Positions 1 to 14,483 of a stretch of 64,000 bases of DNA are shown here, piece after piece. Under the pieces are notes generated by a model that was not told the DNA's origin, searched no databases, and saw only the letters and a list, made by a program, of their open reading frames with translations. The translations under genes and the position numbers were made by a program. This DNA comes from Octopus sinensis. Taxonomy: Eukaryota. Position 1 is the stretch's first letter. Every line of letters starts with the position of its first letter. Where the stretch lies: NCBI RefSeq assembly GCF_006345805.1, contig NC_042997.1, positions 169,322,001 to 169,386,000 on the forward strand, read 5' to 3'.

Positions 1-722
1 ACTTAGTAGACTTAAACGATGTAGTAGTTCACTAGAGGGACCGTTACTGCTCTTCAGGAGTAAACTTAATCAGTTACCAAGTTCAATGCCACTACCAGGC
101 TCTTGGAGGCCTTCAGTGGAGCCTACTACTGTTAAACTGCTGCAAGAATTCTGGTTGTCTACCTCTGACTGAGGATGAATTACTCCCTTCTTCTTATCAG
201 TCTTGAAGGCCCTGAAAGATGTGATGGGCACTGCCCTTTCACATCTGACAAAGTCATGTAATAATTAAATTAATAAATATAAAATTCTAGTTTCTATTTA
301 ATAAATAACTGAGTTTTGTAAGTATAAAGCTTTGAATACTCAGTACTAATTATGAGAAATATTGTTGCATTATAATTAGAACTATTTTAATGTATAAAAT
401 TAATTATATGAAAAAGCATACTTGATATGTGGAACCTCCAGACAGTTTTCCACCATCAATTAAAAGCAAAATGGCGTAATCTGAAAGAGAAAACAATATA
501 TAGTTACATATAGATATATATCTATATAGATGGATGGAGAGGGAGCTACATATATATACATACATACATGCATGCATGCATACATACATACATACATACA
601 TACTTCTGCACATGCATGTGCACACACACAACTCAACCCATACAAACACTTATAATTATCATTCATAAATATATACACATATATATGTATATGTATAGAT
701 ATATGTGTGTATATATATATAC

Positions 723-808
<86 letters not shown>

Positions 809-1033
809 AATAAAATGTTTCGAGTGGTACAACAATGCACTATAATACAAACAATGGGCTATATAACTGTTGTAATTTAACCATCCATAGCCTGATAATA
901 TTTCAGAATAAAATTCCTTCCACAGATATCCCTAGGAATTGACAGAGTACTTGCTATAATCGCTGCTATACACTCTCATGTATATATATATATATATAGA
1001 TGAGAAAGTTGGTTTGTGAAAGCACGTGGTTGA

Positions 1034-1265
1034 ATATATAGAAAATAGTAAAAAGTGAAAAAACTACAGAAGGCTATGTCATTGTAAGAAAAAAAATTTA
1101 ATTTCTTCTAAACTATGTCATTGTAAGAAAAAAATTTAATTTCTTCTAAACTATGTCATTGTAAGAAAAAAATTTATAATATTCTTCAGACATATTGACT
1201 CAAATATATATTCTTTAACCTTTTAAAACAAGCCTTCTGTAGTTTTTTCACTTTTTACTATTTTC

Positions 1266-1272
<7 letters not shown>
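1034..1272. mobile_element. MITE-like element with ~42-bp perfect terminal inverted repeats and three internal ~38-bp tandem repeats
   Basis: ATATATAGAAAATAGTAAAAAGTGAAAAAACTACAGAAGGCT (1034-1075) is the reverse complement of 1231-1272; CTATGTCATTGTAAGAAAAAAA(A)TTTA occurs three times between them. Confidence 0.6.
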
Positions 1273-1361
<89 letters not shown>

Positions 1362-1871
1362 TATACGGGCGTGTGTATCAAAATGTATTATATATATGTA
1401 TGTATATTTGAATATGTAAGTATGGTCAAGACAGGTGAAATAGTACTTAATATTAAAGGAAAAGTCTTATGTATGATTGTAAAAGCTAACATTTCACATC
1501 AGGTTATTCAAGTTTCATGTTAGCAAACCTCAGACTAAATCTAAAGTGCAGTATAAGTGATCTGTTATGCAGAATATACAGGGAAGTGTTGCAGAGAAAA
1601 TATTTTAAGAGAAGCAGAAAAAACAGGTGAAAAGTAAAATAAAAAATAAAAATGTTAATAAAAAAAAAAAAAATCATGTATTTTTGTAACGAGTGAAGTG
1701 TGTGCTAAGAGGAGGAAAATCTTCTGTATGTTTATGGGCTGGTTGACCTTTAAAACTAAAACTGAAACTGAGTGATAAATGGTAAATTTTTTAATATATA
1801 TATATATACATACATACACATATGTGTGCATATATATGTATGTATAATTAACAAAATAAATATATATATAC

Positions 1872-2451
1872 ATCATCATCATCATCACCATTTAGCGTCC
1901 GCTTTCCATGCTAGCATGGGTTGGATGGTTCAACTGGGGTCTGTGAAGCCAGAAGGCTGCATCAGGCCCAGTCTGATCTGGCAGTGTTTCTACGGCTGGA
2001 TGCCCTTCCTAACGCCAACCACTCCGTGAGTGTAGTGGGTGCTTTTTACGTGCCACCCGCACAGGTGCCAGACGGAGCTGGCAAACGGCCACGAAAGGAT
2101 GGTGCTTTTAAGGAACAACCGGCACGGGGGCCAGGCGAGGCTGGCAACGGACACGAACGGATACATATATATAAAATAATGTAAATAATATATATATATA
2201 TATATATGCATTTATGCATAAATATATATACATACTTATATATGTATATACATATGCATATATAGGTACAGGACGTCATAAAACATAACTACTTCGAGAA
2301 TGTAGTGGGTGCTTTTATGTGCCATCGGCATGGGGGCCAGTCAGGCGGTACTGGCAACGACCTCGTTCGAATCTTTTTACACATGCCACCGCCATGCTCG
2401 AATGGTGCCTTTTACATGCCACCGGCACGGAAGCCAGTTAGCCGCTCTGGC

Positions 2452-2452
<1 letters not shown>
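1872..2452 (-). mobile_element. SINE-like interspersed repeat, family A ((GAT)n tail, internal ~60-bp subrepeats), interrupted by a TA microsatellite
   Basis: Shares TTTAGCGTCCGCTTTCCATGCTAGCATGGGTTGG...GGATGCCCTTCCTAACGCCAACCAC with copies at ~29300, ~43020, ~46350 and (inverted) ~59660; always abuts (CAT)n. Confidence 0.75.
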
Positions 2453-2501
<49 letters not shown>

Positions 2502-3336
2502 GTGTGTGTGTGTATTTATGCATGTATGAGTACATGTGTTTGATCTATGTTTGAGCTCTATGTTATGGTGTGATTTGATCAATGTTATTTATACTTCATA
2601 CACATTATTCCAACTTACCTGATGCAAGTGCAGCTACTAAGATTATTATTATTCCTAATCCAATTCCAGCTCGTTTCAGTGCATAAGGTACTCCTGAAAA
2701 TAAAATTCATTAAAATATATTACAATAATCTTAATTTATAAACATGGAAGTCATCATCATTATCATCATCATCATTTAAAGTTTGCTTTCCATACTGGCA
2801 AAGGCTGGCTGTCAGGGACCTGTCCAGATTCCAACTGTCTGTTGTGGCATGGTTTCTCCAGCTGGATGCCCCTTTTTAATGCCAACCATTTAACAGAGTT
2901 TGCTGGGTGCTTTTTTAAAAATTTGTTTATTCTTTTATTGGTTTCAGTCATTGAAATGCAGCCATGCTGGAATGGTTTATAATCATTTATTCTAACCCTG
3001 ATTCTTTAACTGGTATGTATTTCAACATACTTGTTAGATATAAAGTTTAATGTTGTCATTCTCAGAAGGCAAGATAACTCAACTGCAAGATTTCATCTCA
3101 AATGTAACATCTTTCATTGCTTGCTGAAACAAACACACACATAGATACATGGCATACAATTTCCCCTCTATTAAATTTCATTTGCAGTGTCATTTAATCA
3201 GAATATATAGCAATGGACACTTTCCCAATATGCTGCACAGTTGGATTGAACCCAGGACCACAATGTTGCAAAGCAAACTTCTTAATCCTACAGCCATGAC
3301 TATATACTGGAAAATGCTATAATCATGTAGTAAATC

Positions 3337-3780
3337 TTCTTCTTCTTCTTCTTCTTCTTCTTCTTCTTCTTCTTCTTCTTCTTCTTCTTCTTCTCCTTCT
3401 CCTTCTTCTTCTTCTTCTTCTTAGCTCTGTGGCACATTGAGCAGTCAGTAATCACCAATTCCTCTGGCCAGCCAGTATACTTCTTCCCAGGTGATGTTCA
3501 GTGTTCAGTCTGTGTAGGTCTTCTTTGAAGGGACTACTCTGTGTCTTCCTTGGCCAGTCTCTTTTACTCTTATCTTCCAGTGGCATCCAGCCCATGGCCT
3601 GTTTTGGCAAGCCTTTCCTCTGGCAGTCTTAGTATGAGTCCAGTATGTATCCATTCTCATTCATTGTTTGATTATAATTACATGCAAGGGCCTTACTCTT
3701 GCTGCTTGGAAATCTGGAAGATGACAGCAAAAATTGCATGCCAACTTGATGCATTTCATCAGCAGTACCTCAGAACAATG
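3337..3780 (-). mobile_element. RTE-clade LINE 3' fragment with (GAA)n tail and an inverted 5' piece
   Basis: Minus strand reads ILRLPEERLAKQAMGWMPL...FKEDLHRLN..ITWEE up to a (GAA)n tail (3337-3422); plus strand 3690-3780 reads EIWKMTAKIACQLDAFHQQYLR, the RTE segment normally upstream. Confidence 0.6.
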
Positions 3781-6700
3781 TAGAAAATTGAGCATATAAA
3801 AAAATGTTTGGAAAAATCTAAATTTATGAAAAAAGTGTTAAAAAGAATTTAAATCCACAAATTGAGTTTGCCTTCTAATGAATACATTTGAACTGTTATA
3901 TATAATTTTTATTTGTTTTGATGATGGTGATTTCATTTCTTTTGTTCTTTTATTAATTTACTAATATTAGGTATTGGACAACAACTATGCTTGGATATCA
4001 CCTTCAAATGTTAGTTGATCATATCAACCTCAGTACATTGGTTGGTACTTATTTTATCAACCTCGAAAACTGTATAGGCAAAGGGAACTGGATGAACTCA
4101 GAATTTAAAGGTACATAATCAAATACCTCAAAATATTTTGCTCACTGCTTCTGACAATCCATAAAGTTTTATGAAAATATTTTGAACTAATTTCTCTTTG
4201 GCTCTCTCTACTATTTCCATATCATTGGTTTATGACCCCTGGAGTTGTTTCTTGACATTAGTGGGGTTAACAACATCTTGCACTACTTGAGTAACTAGGC
4301 AAGGAACTAGCATAGTACCTAGATATCCAGACACTTTCCAAATCTCAGTAACCACTTTTTATGATTTACAACTTTTTTCTGCATGTTCTTAATTTCCAAA
4401 CTAGCCATATTTAAACTAACCTCTTATTGATTCTTCTTGGAAACATTTCTGCTATCCCACCCATTTTCCCATTCATTAACCTCTTTTCATGCATTTTTTT
4501 TATCCTTATCAATGAAAACAACTGTTCCTCTGATGTTTCAGACATCTTGATTCTATGATGATATTTTGATTCATACTAATCCACTGCCTTAAAAACTGGA
4601 ATAATTTAAATTTCTCATATTCGTGGCTTAGAACCTCTTACATTCATTTTCTGGTTAAATAAACCTGACGTTTTGATACAACCAAACTTCTTCAAATCAC
4701 ACTTTGCTAACCACTTATTTCCATTTTCTCCATGTATGTTGCATAGTTATTCCATCATCATGTCATGATCCAGTGAGAAAGACGTACTAGAAATAGCAGG
4801 CAAATTTCCTTCAGATCACACTACACAGTCTTGAAAAGAGAGAACTCATTTCACAATGTAGTTTCAGATAATTTATATCTGAATAAACAATGGAATGATC
4901 ACAGTTGGAATGCATTCGATCATATGTTTATTCTATGTCGAACATAGTTGAACATAGTCTAAACACCAAGAATCAGCATGTCATCTCCCACTACATCAGC
5001 TGCTACCTGGTTGGAATCCTGCCCCCATCTGTCAAATTGGTCAGTAGTGGTTTGCAGCAAGTTATCTCTTAGGCAAACAGCTATTTTCTCCTTAGCTATA
5101 TAGGTGTCAACTTAGTGCTAAGTGGAAGTCTTTCAATTTCTACATCTTCCTTCTGAGTATTACATTAGTAGAACCAGTAGAGCATTGTCCAAAATACCAT
5201 GTGATATTTATATACATTTCTTTATGTTCTGAGTTCAAATCAAACTTGGGTTATGTTTGCATTTCCTCCTTCCAAGGTTAATTAAATAAATACCAGACAA
5301 AGTACTGGGCTCATATAATTGACTAAGTTCTTCCAGTCAGTGTCCAGAATGGATGAAATCTAAAAAAGTAACCTGCTCCCCTGTGTGACCACAGTAAAAA
5401 GTAACATGGTACCATCACCAGTGCTTTTTACATGGCACCTTAGTTTTAAGCTATCAGTTCTGTTATGAGGGCAAGTCTTCTTGAGTACAACAATGTGCCA
5501 CATATACATTTGTACAGATTTAGACTTATGCACCTATGCAATTGAGTATACAAACAAAAACAAAGATGATTTCACCTCTGTTTTCATAGACAGCATATGT
5601 GAATTATAGTTTACTGAAAGCTTGCTTTTGAGACATATGGCTGGAAATATTTGGTGGCTTCTAGTTTGTGGCTTCTCACTTTTGAAGTCCATTCTTAATC
5701 AATCAGGCTATCTGTAGAGCATAGATAAAATAAGTTTCAAAGAGCTATATCTATAATTGAAGCCAAATTTACAAACAAAATTTGTTAGAAAAAGACAACT
5801 ACATTTTTTTTCTTAAAAATATCATTATGTTTACATTAGCAAATGTAACATCTGTTGTGTTCGAGTAAATAATTTTTATCATATAAAACTGGAATATTAT
5901 AACAGAAAATATATAACTGAAATATCAGCTTCAAATTTTGGCACAAGGCCATCAGTTTCAGAATGGAGCTAAGTCAATTACATTGATCCTATTTTTTCTC
6001 CTCTCACAAAATCGAAGTTCCACAGTTATTCAATATCCTTCTAGACAGGACTCAACATAAAATGGGCATAAATATATTTAAGAAACATCTGAAAAATCTA
6101 CAATATGAGATCCTTAATTAACCTACATCATGTCAAAAAAATAAATGAGGGCAACAGTATAAAAATCTTTCATTTGCCGAAAATCAAACTATAGAAAGAG
6201 GGATGTAAAAGCAGTAGTAGCAGTAATAATGGTACTCCAGTATGACCGTAGCCCATGGGTTGAAACAAGGGAAAAGAATAAAAACAAATGAGAAATTAGA
6301 AGTGAATCATGTCCGGCAACTCAAAAAAAAAAAAGGAAAAACGAAGGAAAAAAGTGGTTCTGGCTTCCCTGTACATAAGAAAACGATGGAGTGGTCAAGG
6401 TTGGAATGCTTTTGATCATATGTCTGCTCATTCAGGGAAGCCCAGGGACTAAACAATAACAACAGCATTTTAGGATGATACCAAGGTCTTAACAATTGAC
6501 AGATTTCTGCATTCACCTTCAACAAATGGAACAAGCTTTCAGAAGCTAATATACTTACAAAAGCTCAGAACATAAATGCATATAACATAACTCTATATAA
6601 TAATAGCCAATATAAATGTTGGCTGGTTGGTTTGGTTGGTCAGTTGGTCGGATGACTGATCGATCTCTCCATTGTATAGAGAGAGGGAGAGATAGAGTGA

Positions 6701-8243
6701 ATAAGAGAGAGAAACAGAGTCAGTTAACATAACAAGTGCAGGGAGAGTGTACATACTAGGCTTAGTGGCAGACAATGAGTAAAAATGTGCTAAACACAGT
6801 CAGAAAGAATCCTAGAGCTAAAGGAGAAGAAGGATGATGATGATGATGATGATGATGACAACAATAACGATGACAACAGCAACAATGATGAAATGACAGA
6901 GTAGTTGGCTGCAGCTGACAAAGGCTCTGCAATAATTAATATTTATTGTTATGACTATTTTCTTTTGATGCTTTTCAAGTAAGTTGTTCATTAGTAAAGG
7001 TTTTTTTTCCATTAAGCAGAAAGGTATTCACTACTTTAATGCATTTATAAAACACACACACACACACACACACACACATAGTCCTTTGTTTTATTTGATA
7101 AAAATGACATTTACAAGATGATTGGTTTATTCTATAAATGACTGATAAGTATAGAGCAAACTCAAAAAGTAAATGAAGTCAATTAAAATGGTAGCCAAAT
7201 CAAAATCATAACAAATTTGTGAAAGACATGTGAATAATACCTTGCTTTAAATAGGTTTGAGGTCATACTGATGCAAGCTTTTGTATTGTTATTTGTAGTA
7301 ACCTGACATTAATATACAATCCTTTGATGTATTTGGAATCTAAAGGGTATTAGTTTTGTTTATTGGTTTAGATAAATTAAACATACAGCTGAAAAGCTTC
7401 AATAGCTCAAAATATCCAGCCAAATTGTAATTTCTGTATTGAACAATGAATATAACTAATTTACTAAATGACATGCATGTTCATAATAGATTTCTTTTTC
7501 ACAACTTAATTCTATTTTTTGACTGTGGAAGGAGCACATATTGAGAAAGGAGCACATATTGTAAGACTGGTTTAAGGCATGGGGCAGGATGACACCAGTT
7601 GTATGTTATTTAGTATGAATGCACACAATAGTTGTAACTAACACTTCCACAACAAACAAAAATAAGTGAAATACCAATTAACAAATGAGAAATGGAAATA
7701 CTTCATCAGAATTAATAGAATTATTATGACTGACAATTTCAACACGGGTACACAAGCAATGAATATTAATCCAAACGCACAACCAGACAATGATACTAGA
7801 GCATATGGTATGATCCAACCAGATACAGAAAAACATCTGGTTTTGAATTACCATCAGAGTAAGCCATGCTGAAGGTCAATACTATTGATTGTTTTTCTGA
7901 AATAGAAAAGACTTTCACACAAATTAGACAGAAATATTAAGGAATGACTGTAACAACAATGATAATTCCCTCATAATTACTGGTAGTGCTTGCAACAACA
8001 CCAGTTTCAGTCCTAAATCTTCTTGCTATCAATGCCAATAATGGTATTGATACTGCTACTGCAGCCCCTATGACAACTCCTACTGCAGCCCCTCTGACAA
8101 ACCATATAATATGAAATGCACATATTCCATCAAACTACCCTTTAATAAAAGAATCTGCATACTATGATATGCAGATGAAGAAACAAGCAAAATTTACACT
8201 GACTAAAAAGAAAATTAAATAACTTCTAATGCAATTCAAGATG

Positions 8244-8290
<47 letters not shown>

Positions 8291-11200
8291 TAATGAATAT
8301 CACAAATCAACCACCTAACTATGCATCCGCGAAAATCTCAACGATCCTATGTGTGTGATTAGAAAACGGCAACAGTCCCACAAAAAGCCTTCTTGGCAAG
8401 AGCGTCTGCAACAACAAATTAAAGATTTAGATGACATTGAATATTTGAAAACCTTAAGGCTCACAAGACTACCAAACCTACAAAAACCCAAAAATTACTG
8501 AAAAAATACAATATGAAAACTATACTTGATATTGATGCCACCATAGAAACCATCAAACAAAAGGTATCTGCCAAAGCTACCCGCATAGCGAGGTATGAAA
8601 AGCGTGTTAGATTTTTCAAGGACAACAACATGTTCAAAAATAACACCAAGAATTTTTACAGGAAGATAGGAAAAACAGCGTTTACTGCAGGGTCTGTACC
8701 ATCAAAAGAAGAAGTGCAGAGATTTTGGAATAAAATCTGGGCAGAAGAAAAAACACACAACGAAAAGGCCCCCTGAATTGACAGAATATCTACAGAACTG
8801 GACCCCTTAGAAGAGCAAAAGTGGGAGGGTGTCAAGGTAGAAGATATAAGATCTGCTCTCAGGAGGTCAAGCAAATGGAAGTCTCCAGGAAAGGATAAAA
8901 TTCCTAACTTCTGGCTGAATGCCTTCCCAGAGAGCCATGAACTGCTAACAGAACTGTACAATGATGTTCTGCAACACCCTAGTAGGATGCCTCCTTGGCT
9001 AGTTAATGGGTTAACATTCCTGCTTCCAAAAAATGAAGAAACAAATGAACCAAAAAACTATAGACCCATAACCTGCTTAACAACTATGTACAAAACTCTA
9101 ACATCTGTCCTGACGGAATATACCTATAGTTTTTTAACAGACAGCAGCATATTCCCTAATGAACAGAAAGGATGTAAACGTGGATCCTACGGCTGTAAAG
9201 ACCAACTACTCATCAATAAGATGATCTTAGAAGATTGTCACAAACGACACAAAAACTTATCAATAGCCTGGATAGACTATAAAAAGGCTTTTGATAGCCT
9301 ACCACATAGCTGGATTAGGAAATGCCTTGAAATGTATAAGATAGCACCAACTCTGCGAAACTTTTTGACTGTAAGTATGAGATCATGGAGAACCACACTA
9401 ACTCTGAACAGTGACAGTGAATCCCTAAATGCTGGTGATGTAAAAATTTCGTGTGGCATTTTCCAGGGTGACTCACTGTCACCACTCCTCTTTTGTTTAT
9501 CCTTAATACCTCTCTCAAAGCTGCTCAATGACGCGCAGTACGGGTATAAAATGTTTGATAAAAATATAAATCATCTCGTTTACATGGATGATTTAAAGCT
9601 TTTTGCAAAAAATGATCAACAACTCAAGGGCTTACTAGCGATAGTCAAACAATTCAGTGACGACATCAGAATGCAATTCGGCCTCGATAAATGTGCAAAG
9701 GCTACCTTTATCAAAGGAAAAATGACAGAAACATCTAACGTTAACCTTGACCAACAGAATGTCATAAAAGAACTAGACCCAGCGGAGAGCTACAAGTACC
9801 TAGGGGTAATTGAAGGGAACGGAATAAGGCATTCAGAGATGAAGGAAAGGATCAGGAGAGAATGCTATCGAAGAGTGAGAGCAATACTCAAGACAGAGCT
9901 GAATGCAAGAAACAGGATCGAAGCAATCAATGCATTAGCTATACCAGTCGTGACTTACAGTTTCAATATTGTTAACTGGTCAATTACTGAAATATGTCAG
10001 CTCGACAGAAAAATAAGGAAACTGTTGACAATGCATAGAATGCACCACCCTAAGGCAGATACAGAACGACTCTATCTGCCAAGAAAAGAGGGAGGCCGTG
10101 GTCTTTTGCAACTGGCAATAACAATGAAGATTGCTACAATTGGCCTAGACACCTACTTGAAAAACTCTGAGGACTGGATGTTAAAACTTGTCTCAAAACA
10201 TGAAAACAAGAAAGCATCATACTCAGTCACAAAACAGGCAAAGGAATATCTAAGTGAATTCCGAATACAACCAATTTCGGAATTAGAGATAGACATACAA
10301 GAAAACCCGTGCCAAAACTGCGGCCTTAGATATTCTGAATAATAAATGGCAAGAAAAACCTCTCTACGGCAAATACCCAAAGAGAGCGAATAATGCAGAT
10401 ATCGACAAAGCCCTGACCCATCAATGGCTAATGGCCTCTGGCTTAAAATCTGAAACAGAGGGGTTTATCATAGCAGCTCAAGATCAATGCCTACCAACAA
10501 GAAACTACCAGGCCAACATATTAAAGATCAGAAGCAGTCCAACGTGTCGTGTATGCAAGCAACAAAATGAAACCATTGACGATGTGGTCTCCAAGTGCAG
10601 TCTTCTAGCGCCTACAGAGTATCTCAACAGGCACGATAGAGCTGCACAATATATTCACTGGGTAATCTGTAAAAACCTGGATTTGCCCCATGAAAAAAAC
10701 TGGTGGGAACACAAACCACCCCCAGTGCTTGAAAATGACCACATCTCACTCCTCTGGAACTTCACCATTCAAACTGACAGGAAGATAGATGCAAATAGGC
10801 CAGACATCATATTGAAAGACTTCAAACAAAGAACATGCCTCCTCATTGATATGACTGTCCCAATCGATATAAACATATCTGTCAGGACCTACCAAAAACT
10901 GAGCAAATATAAAGATCTTGAAATAGAAATCAGCAAAATGTGGAAGCTGAAGACTAAAACAATACCTGTTGTCATAGGTGCCCTGGGAATGATAGCAAAA
11001 GGGGCTGATAGCTACCTAACTCAGATACCAGGAAACCCAAAAATGGCAGAAGTTCAAAAGATAGTGCTCATGGGAACTGCTCATATCCTACGCAAAATAC
11101 TCTCTATGTAACCTCAAGGTTTAAAACAACCATAATTTTCGGTTTTAAAAAAAAAAATTAAAAAAAAAAAAAACTTTTTTTTTTTTTTTTTTTAGACATT

Positions 11201-11342
11201 CATTAGTACAACATCCCCACCCCCCAAATATATGGCACACTAGGCATAACAACAACATGAACTTCCAACCCTGTTGTCTCTTGAGGTCTCTGGGTGAGAC
11301 TTGGAGCCAACTTGTACAAATATAAAGCAAAAGTCAAACATA
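8291..11342 (+). mobile_element. R4/Dong-like non-LTR retrotransposon (RT + CCHC zinc knuckle + restriction-like endonuclease), 5'-truncated, flanked by (AAT)n on both sides
   Basis: RT motifs YRPITCL, WIDYKKAFDS, GIFQGDSLSP, YMDD, YKYLG; C-terminal CRVC...RHD...RPDII...LLIDMTVP (PD-(D/E)xK); (AAT)n at 8244-8290 and 11343-11422. Confidence 0.9.
8513..11111 (+). pseudogene. Disrupted RT-RLE polyprotein of the R4/Dong-like element
   Basis: ORF pieces 8513-8776 (TGA in place of expected Trp), 8987-10342 and, after a frameshift near 10310, KWQEKPLYGKYP...10431-11111. Confidence 0.85.
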
Positions 11343-11422
<80 letters not shown>

Positions 11423-11426
<4 letters not shown>

Positions 11427-12410
11427 CAAGCAGAAGGAGTGCAAGTGTAAAGGCAGAGATACCAAGGATCAACTTCTAATAGACAAAACTGTACTTAGAA
11501 TCTGCTAGAAGAAGAAAACTAACTTAGCTGTGTCAGGGATTGATTGTCGTAAGGCATATGATATGATCTCACATTCTTGGGTTATGGAATGTATGAACCT
11601 ATTTGGTATTGCATCAAATGTTGAGAGATTGCTTGGAAAAAGTATAGCAAAGTGGAAGACAGAACTGACAGCATATGGAAGAAGTTTAGGGAGAATAGAA
11701 ATCAGGAGTGGCATCTTCCAAGGGGACTGCCTGTCCCCACTGATTTTTGTACTGTACATGATACCACTAACACTGATTCCGAGGAAAGCAAAGGCTGGGT
11801 ATTCAAGAGCTGCCAACAAAAAAATCAACCACTTGTTAATCATGGATGACCTCAAACTTTATGGTAAAGATGAATCCCAATTCAGTTTCCTCGTTAATAC
11901 AGTGTATACTTTCAGTGCTGATATCAGAATGGAGTTCGGACTGAAAAAGTGTGGTGTATTAGTCTTGAAGAGATGCAAAATTAAATGTATGGACAGGCTA
12001 GCGATACTGTTGGGGAGGTTATGAAGCAAATAAAAGAGACGGGCTATAGGTACTTGGGTATATTGGAAATGGATAAATTGATGGGGAAAGAAATAACAGA
12101 AAAATTCAAGGTGGAGTACTTGCGCAGACTAAGACTGATCCTTAAGTCAAAATTGAATGGACTGAATAAGATTGAAGCTATCAACACTTGGGCAATTTCA
12201 CTCCGTGGATATGGAGCAGGGGTAATCGCATAGACAGTAGACGAACTAAAAAGCTAAGACAGAAAGACAAGAAAGTTGCTGGCTAGATATGGGATACTCC
12301 ACCTGATAAGTGACACAAACAGACTATATGTACTAAGAAAAAGATGGGGAAGAGGAGTGATTGGATGTAAACACAACATTAGAGCAGAAGAAAACAACAC
12401 AGCATGATGT
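11423..12410 (+). mobile_element. Second, divergent R4/Dong-like RT fragment, truncated at both ends
   Basis: GIDCRKAYDMISHSW, GIFQGDCLSP, LIMDDLKLY, YRYLG, KLNGLNKIEAINTW; frameshifts and stops; begins directly after the (AAT)n tail of the first element. Confidence 0.85.
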
Positions 12411-12424
12411 GGAAAAAATTCCAC

Positions 12425-12608
12425 AGGGTATCGTGAAAGGCCTGGTTGGAGGCCCAATATTCTGAGTTCTTTTACAGGGCTTAGAAAAACTGAAGGACCA
12501 CTGAAGTAAGTGTGTAAATCTGAGAGGGGAATATGTTGAATAAGATCATAATTAACTGATTCTCATATATTTTCTTTAATCCAAAGCCAGGAACTTTTCA
12601 GTACCCCC
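12425..12608 (+). mobile_element. Mariner-derived non-autonomous element, 3' end
   Basis: Encodes a mariner C-terminus-like GLEKLKD..KCVNLRG.YVE and ends in AAAGCCAGGAACTTTTCAGTACCCCC; matches the copy at 57308-57519. Confidence 0.6.
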
Positions 12609-14210
12609 TTGTAGTGCTGGCAACATGAAAAAAGTACTCAGTTCATACCATAAAATAGTTGGCATTAGGGATGGCATCCAACTGTAGTAACCATACCAAA
12701 GCTGGCATTTGAGTTTGACACAATCCTGCAGTTTGCCAGATCCTGCCAAAATGTTCAATCCATACCAACATAGAAAATAGATGTTAAACGATGATGATGA
12801 TGATATATGGCCTTAAGAAAGATCAAAAACCTGTCTTTGTACTCATTGCTGTACCACCAACCAGACCAGTTTACAAAACAAATAGCTCCAGCAACTAAAG
12901 ACTGTCATATTTCACACACCCACTAACAGAAATGTCTATGGAGGTTTGCAACTGCAAAGAATGCTTTCTCAGTAGAATCAATGACTATAACCACTTCTGT
13001 CTTTCCAGATTGCATAAAATGTAATATCCCTATATCTACTAATCAATATTGATTTTGCTGAAGGGAAGTGTGTGGAGATGATTTGTAAGAGTGATGCAAT
13101 GTTTCGCAATGCTGATATCCAATGAGCTGGAATATCCCATAAAACTCATATGCAATAATGAATACTTAAACAAATATGATCTAAAAAAGTTTTGTACCAC
13201 CAGATGAGAACAAAGACCCTCTCCCATCGTTACCCTATCTGTAAAAAATATTCCCATTGAGCACTGGAACAAACTAACCAAACTCTAAGGAAGCACAACT
13301 AAACAAGCATAATGGTACATACTGTTGGTGCCAGTATAAAATCAATGCTAAAGGGGTACATATTTGAATTTAATAATAAACTATATAGCCAAGTGAAGGA
13401 TGTAGCCATTTCATAGATTGGAAAGATAAATAAGCCAGATAATACCAAATGAAGAGACCCATACCTGTGGTAATGTTTTCACAATGTATTAATATAAACA
13501 CTGTGAGTGAAACAACTGCAGAAGATGATACTCAGCAAAGGGGAAAATGTAATATAAAAAACATTTAACACATAACTAACTCCAACCACTGCATAACTAA
13601 CTCCAACCACCACAGCATTGATGTGACTGTTAAATACCTGTCCAAGTACCACAACAAAAGTCTAATTGCTCTAGATTCTGAACTCATCATCTTCATTATC
13701 ATGGGCAGTTTGACAGATCCAATGGGCTCAATGTTTGCCTTATACTCCACTGTCCATTTTGGCATGGTTTCTATGGCATGTACTAGGTGCTTTTTTTCAC
13801 ACCACCAGCACTAGAGAGGTCACCATGCACTAGCCCTGAGAAAAGCAGCTATATGCTAAGAGATGAAGAGTTAAAACATGAGAGAAGTATCCAGAGCAGA
13901 ACAGGTTTCTAGCTGTAGAGAGGCTACATGGTTATTCACATTTTAGAAGAAATGGTCGAGGTGATCAAGGTGGGGCAGAGACGAGACCAAATAGTGGTGA
14001 TGAGGTTTCATGCAGCTTAAAGCCTGCTACCATAGAAGAATCTTGGTGCAGTAATCATCAGGTGGTGTGAAGCAGAACATAATTTAGCTCTAACAATGGA
14101 ACAGGGATATATATTTACACACACAGACATGTGCATGTGTGTATAATGCATCCATGTAAATATATATGTATATTTTATACCTCCTTGTACGACTTTTCAT
14201 CTTTATGAGA

Positions 14211-14248
<38 letters not shown>

Positions 14249-14483
14249 GCATGCAGTGAATACGTATGTACATTTTTGCATAGTTTTTTTTTAACAAAGG
14301 GATGAAAGCAATACTAGAAAGAGGAATCTGATACCAATAACTTACCAATAACTCCGGAACCTATAATAGAATTAATCAAGTTGAAGCTTGTCATTGGTAT
14401 ATTGTTTCGAAGTTTCCCATCATCCTTTGCTGGTTCAGCAACTAGTTGACTAGATTCACTCATACCACTGATGCTACTAGCAT

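Noticed and set aside
7666-7872. 68-aa plus ORF with a GTAAGC donor-like end
   Set aside because: No acceptor or valid start and no recognisable homology
11146-11193. Adjacent poly(A)/poly(T) tracts in the LINE 3' UTR resembling a hairpin or terminator
   Set aside because: Most simply homopolymer expansion or base-calling error; no independent support
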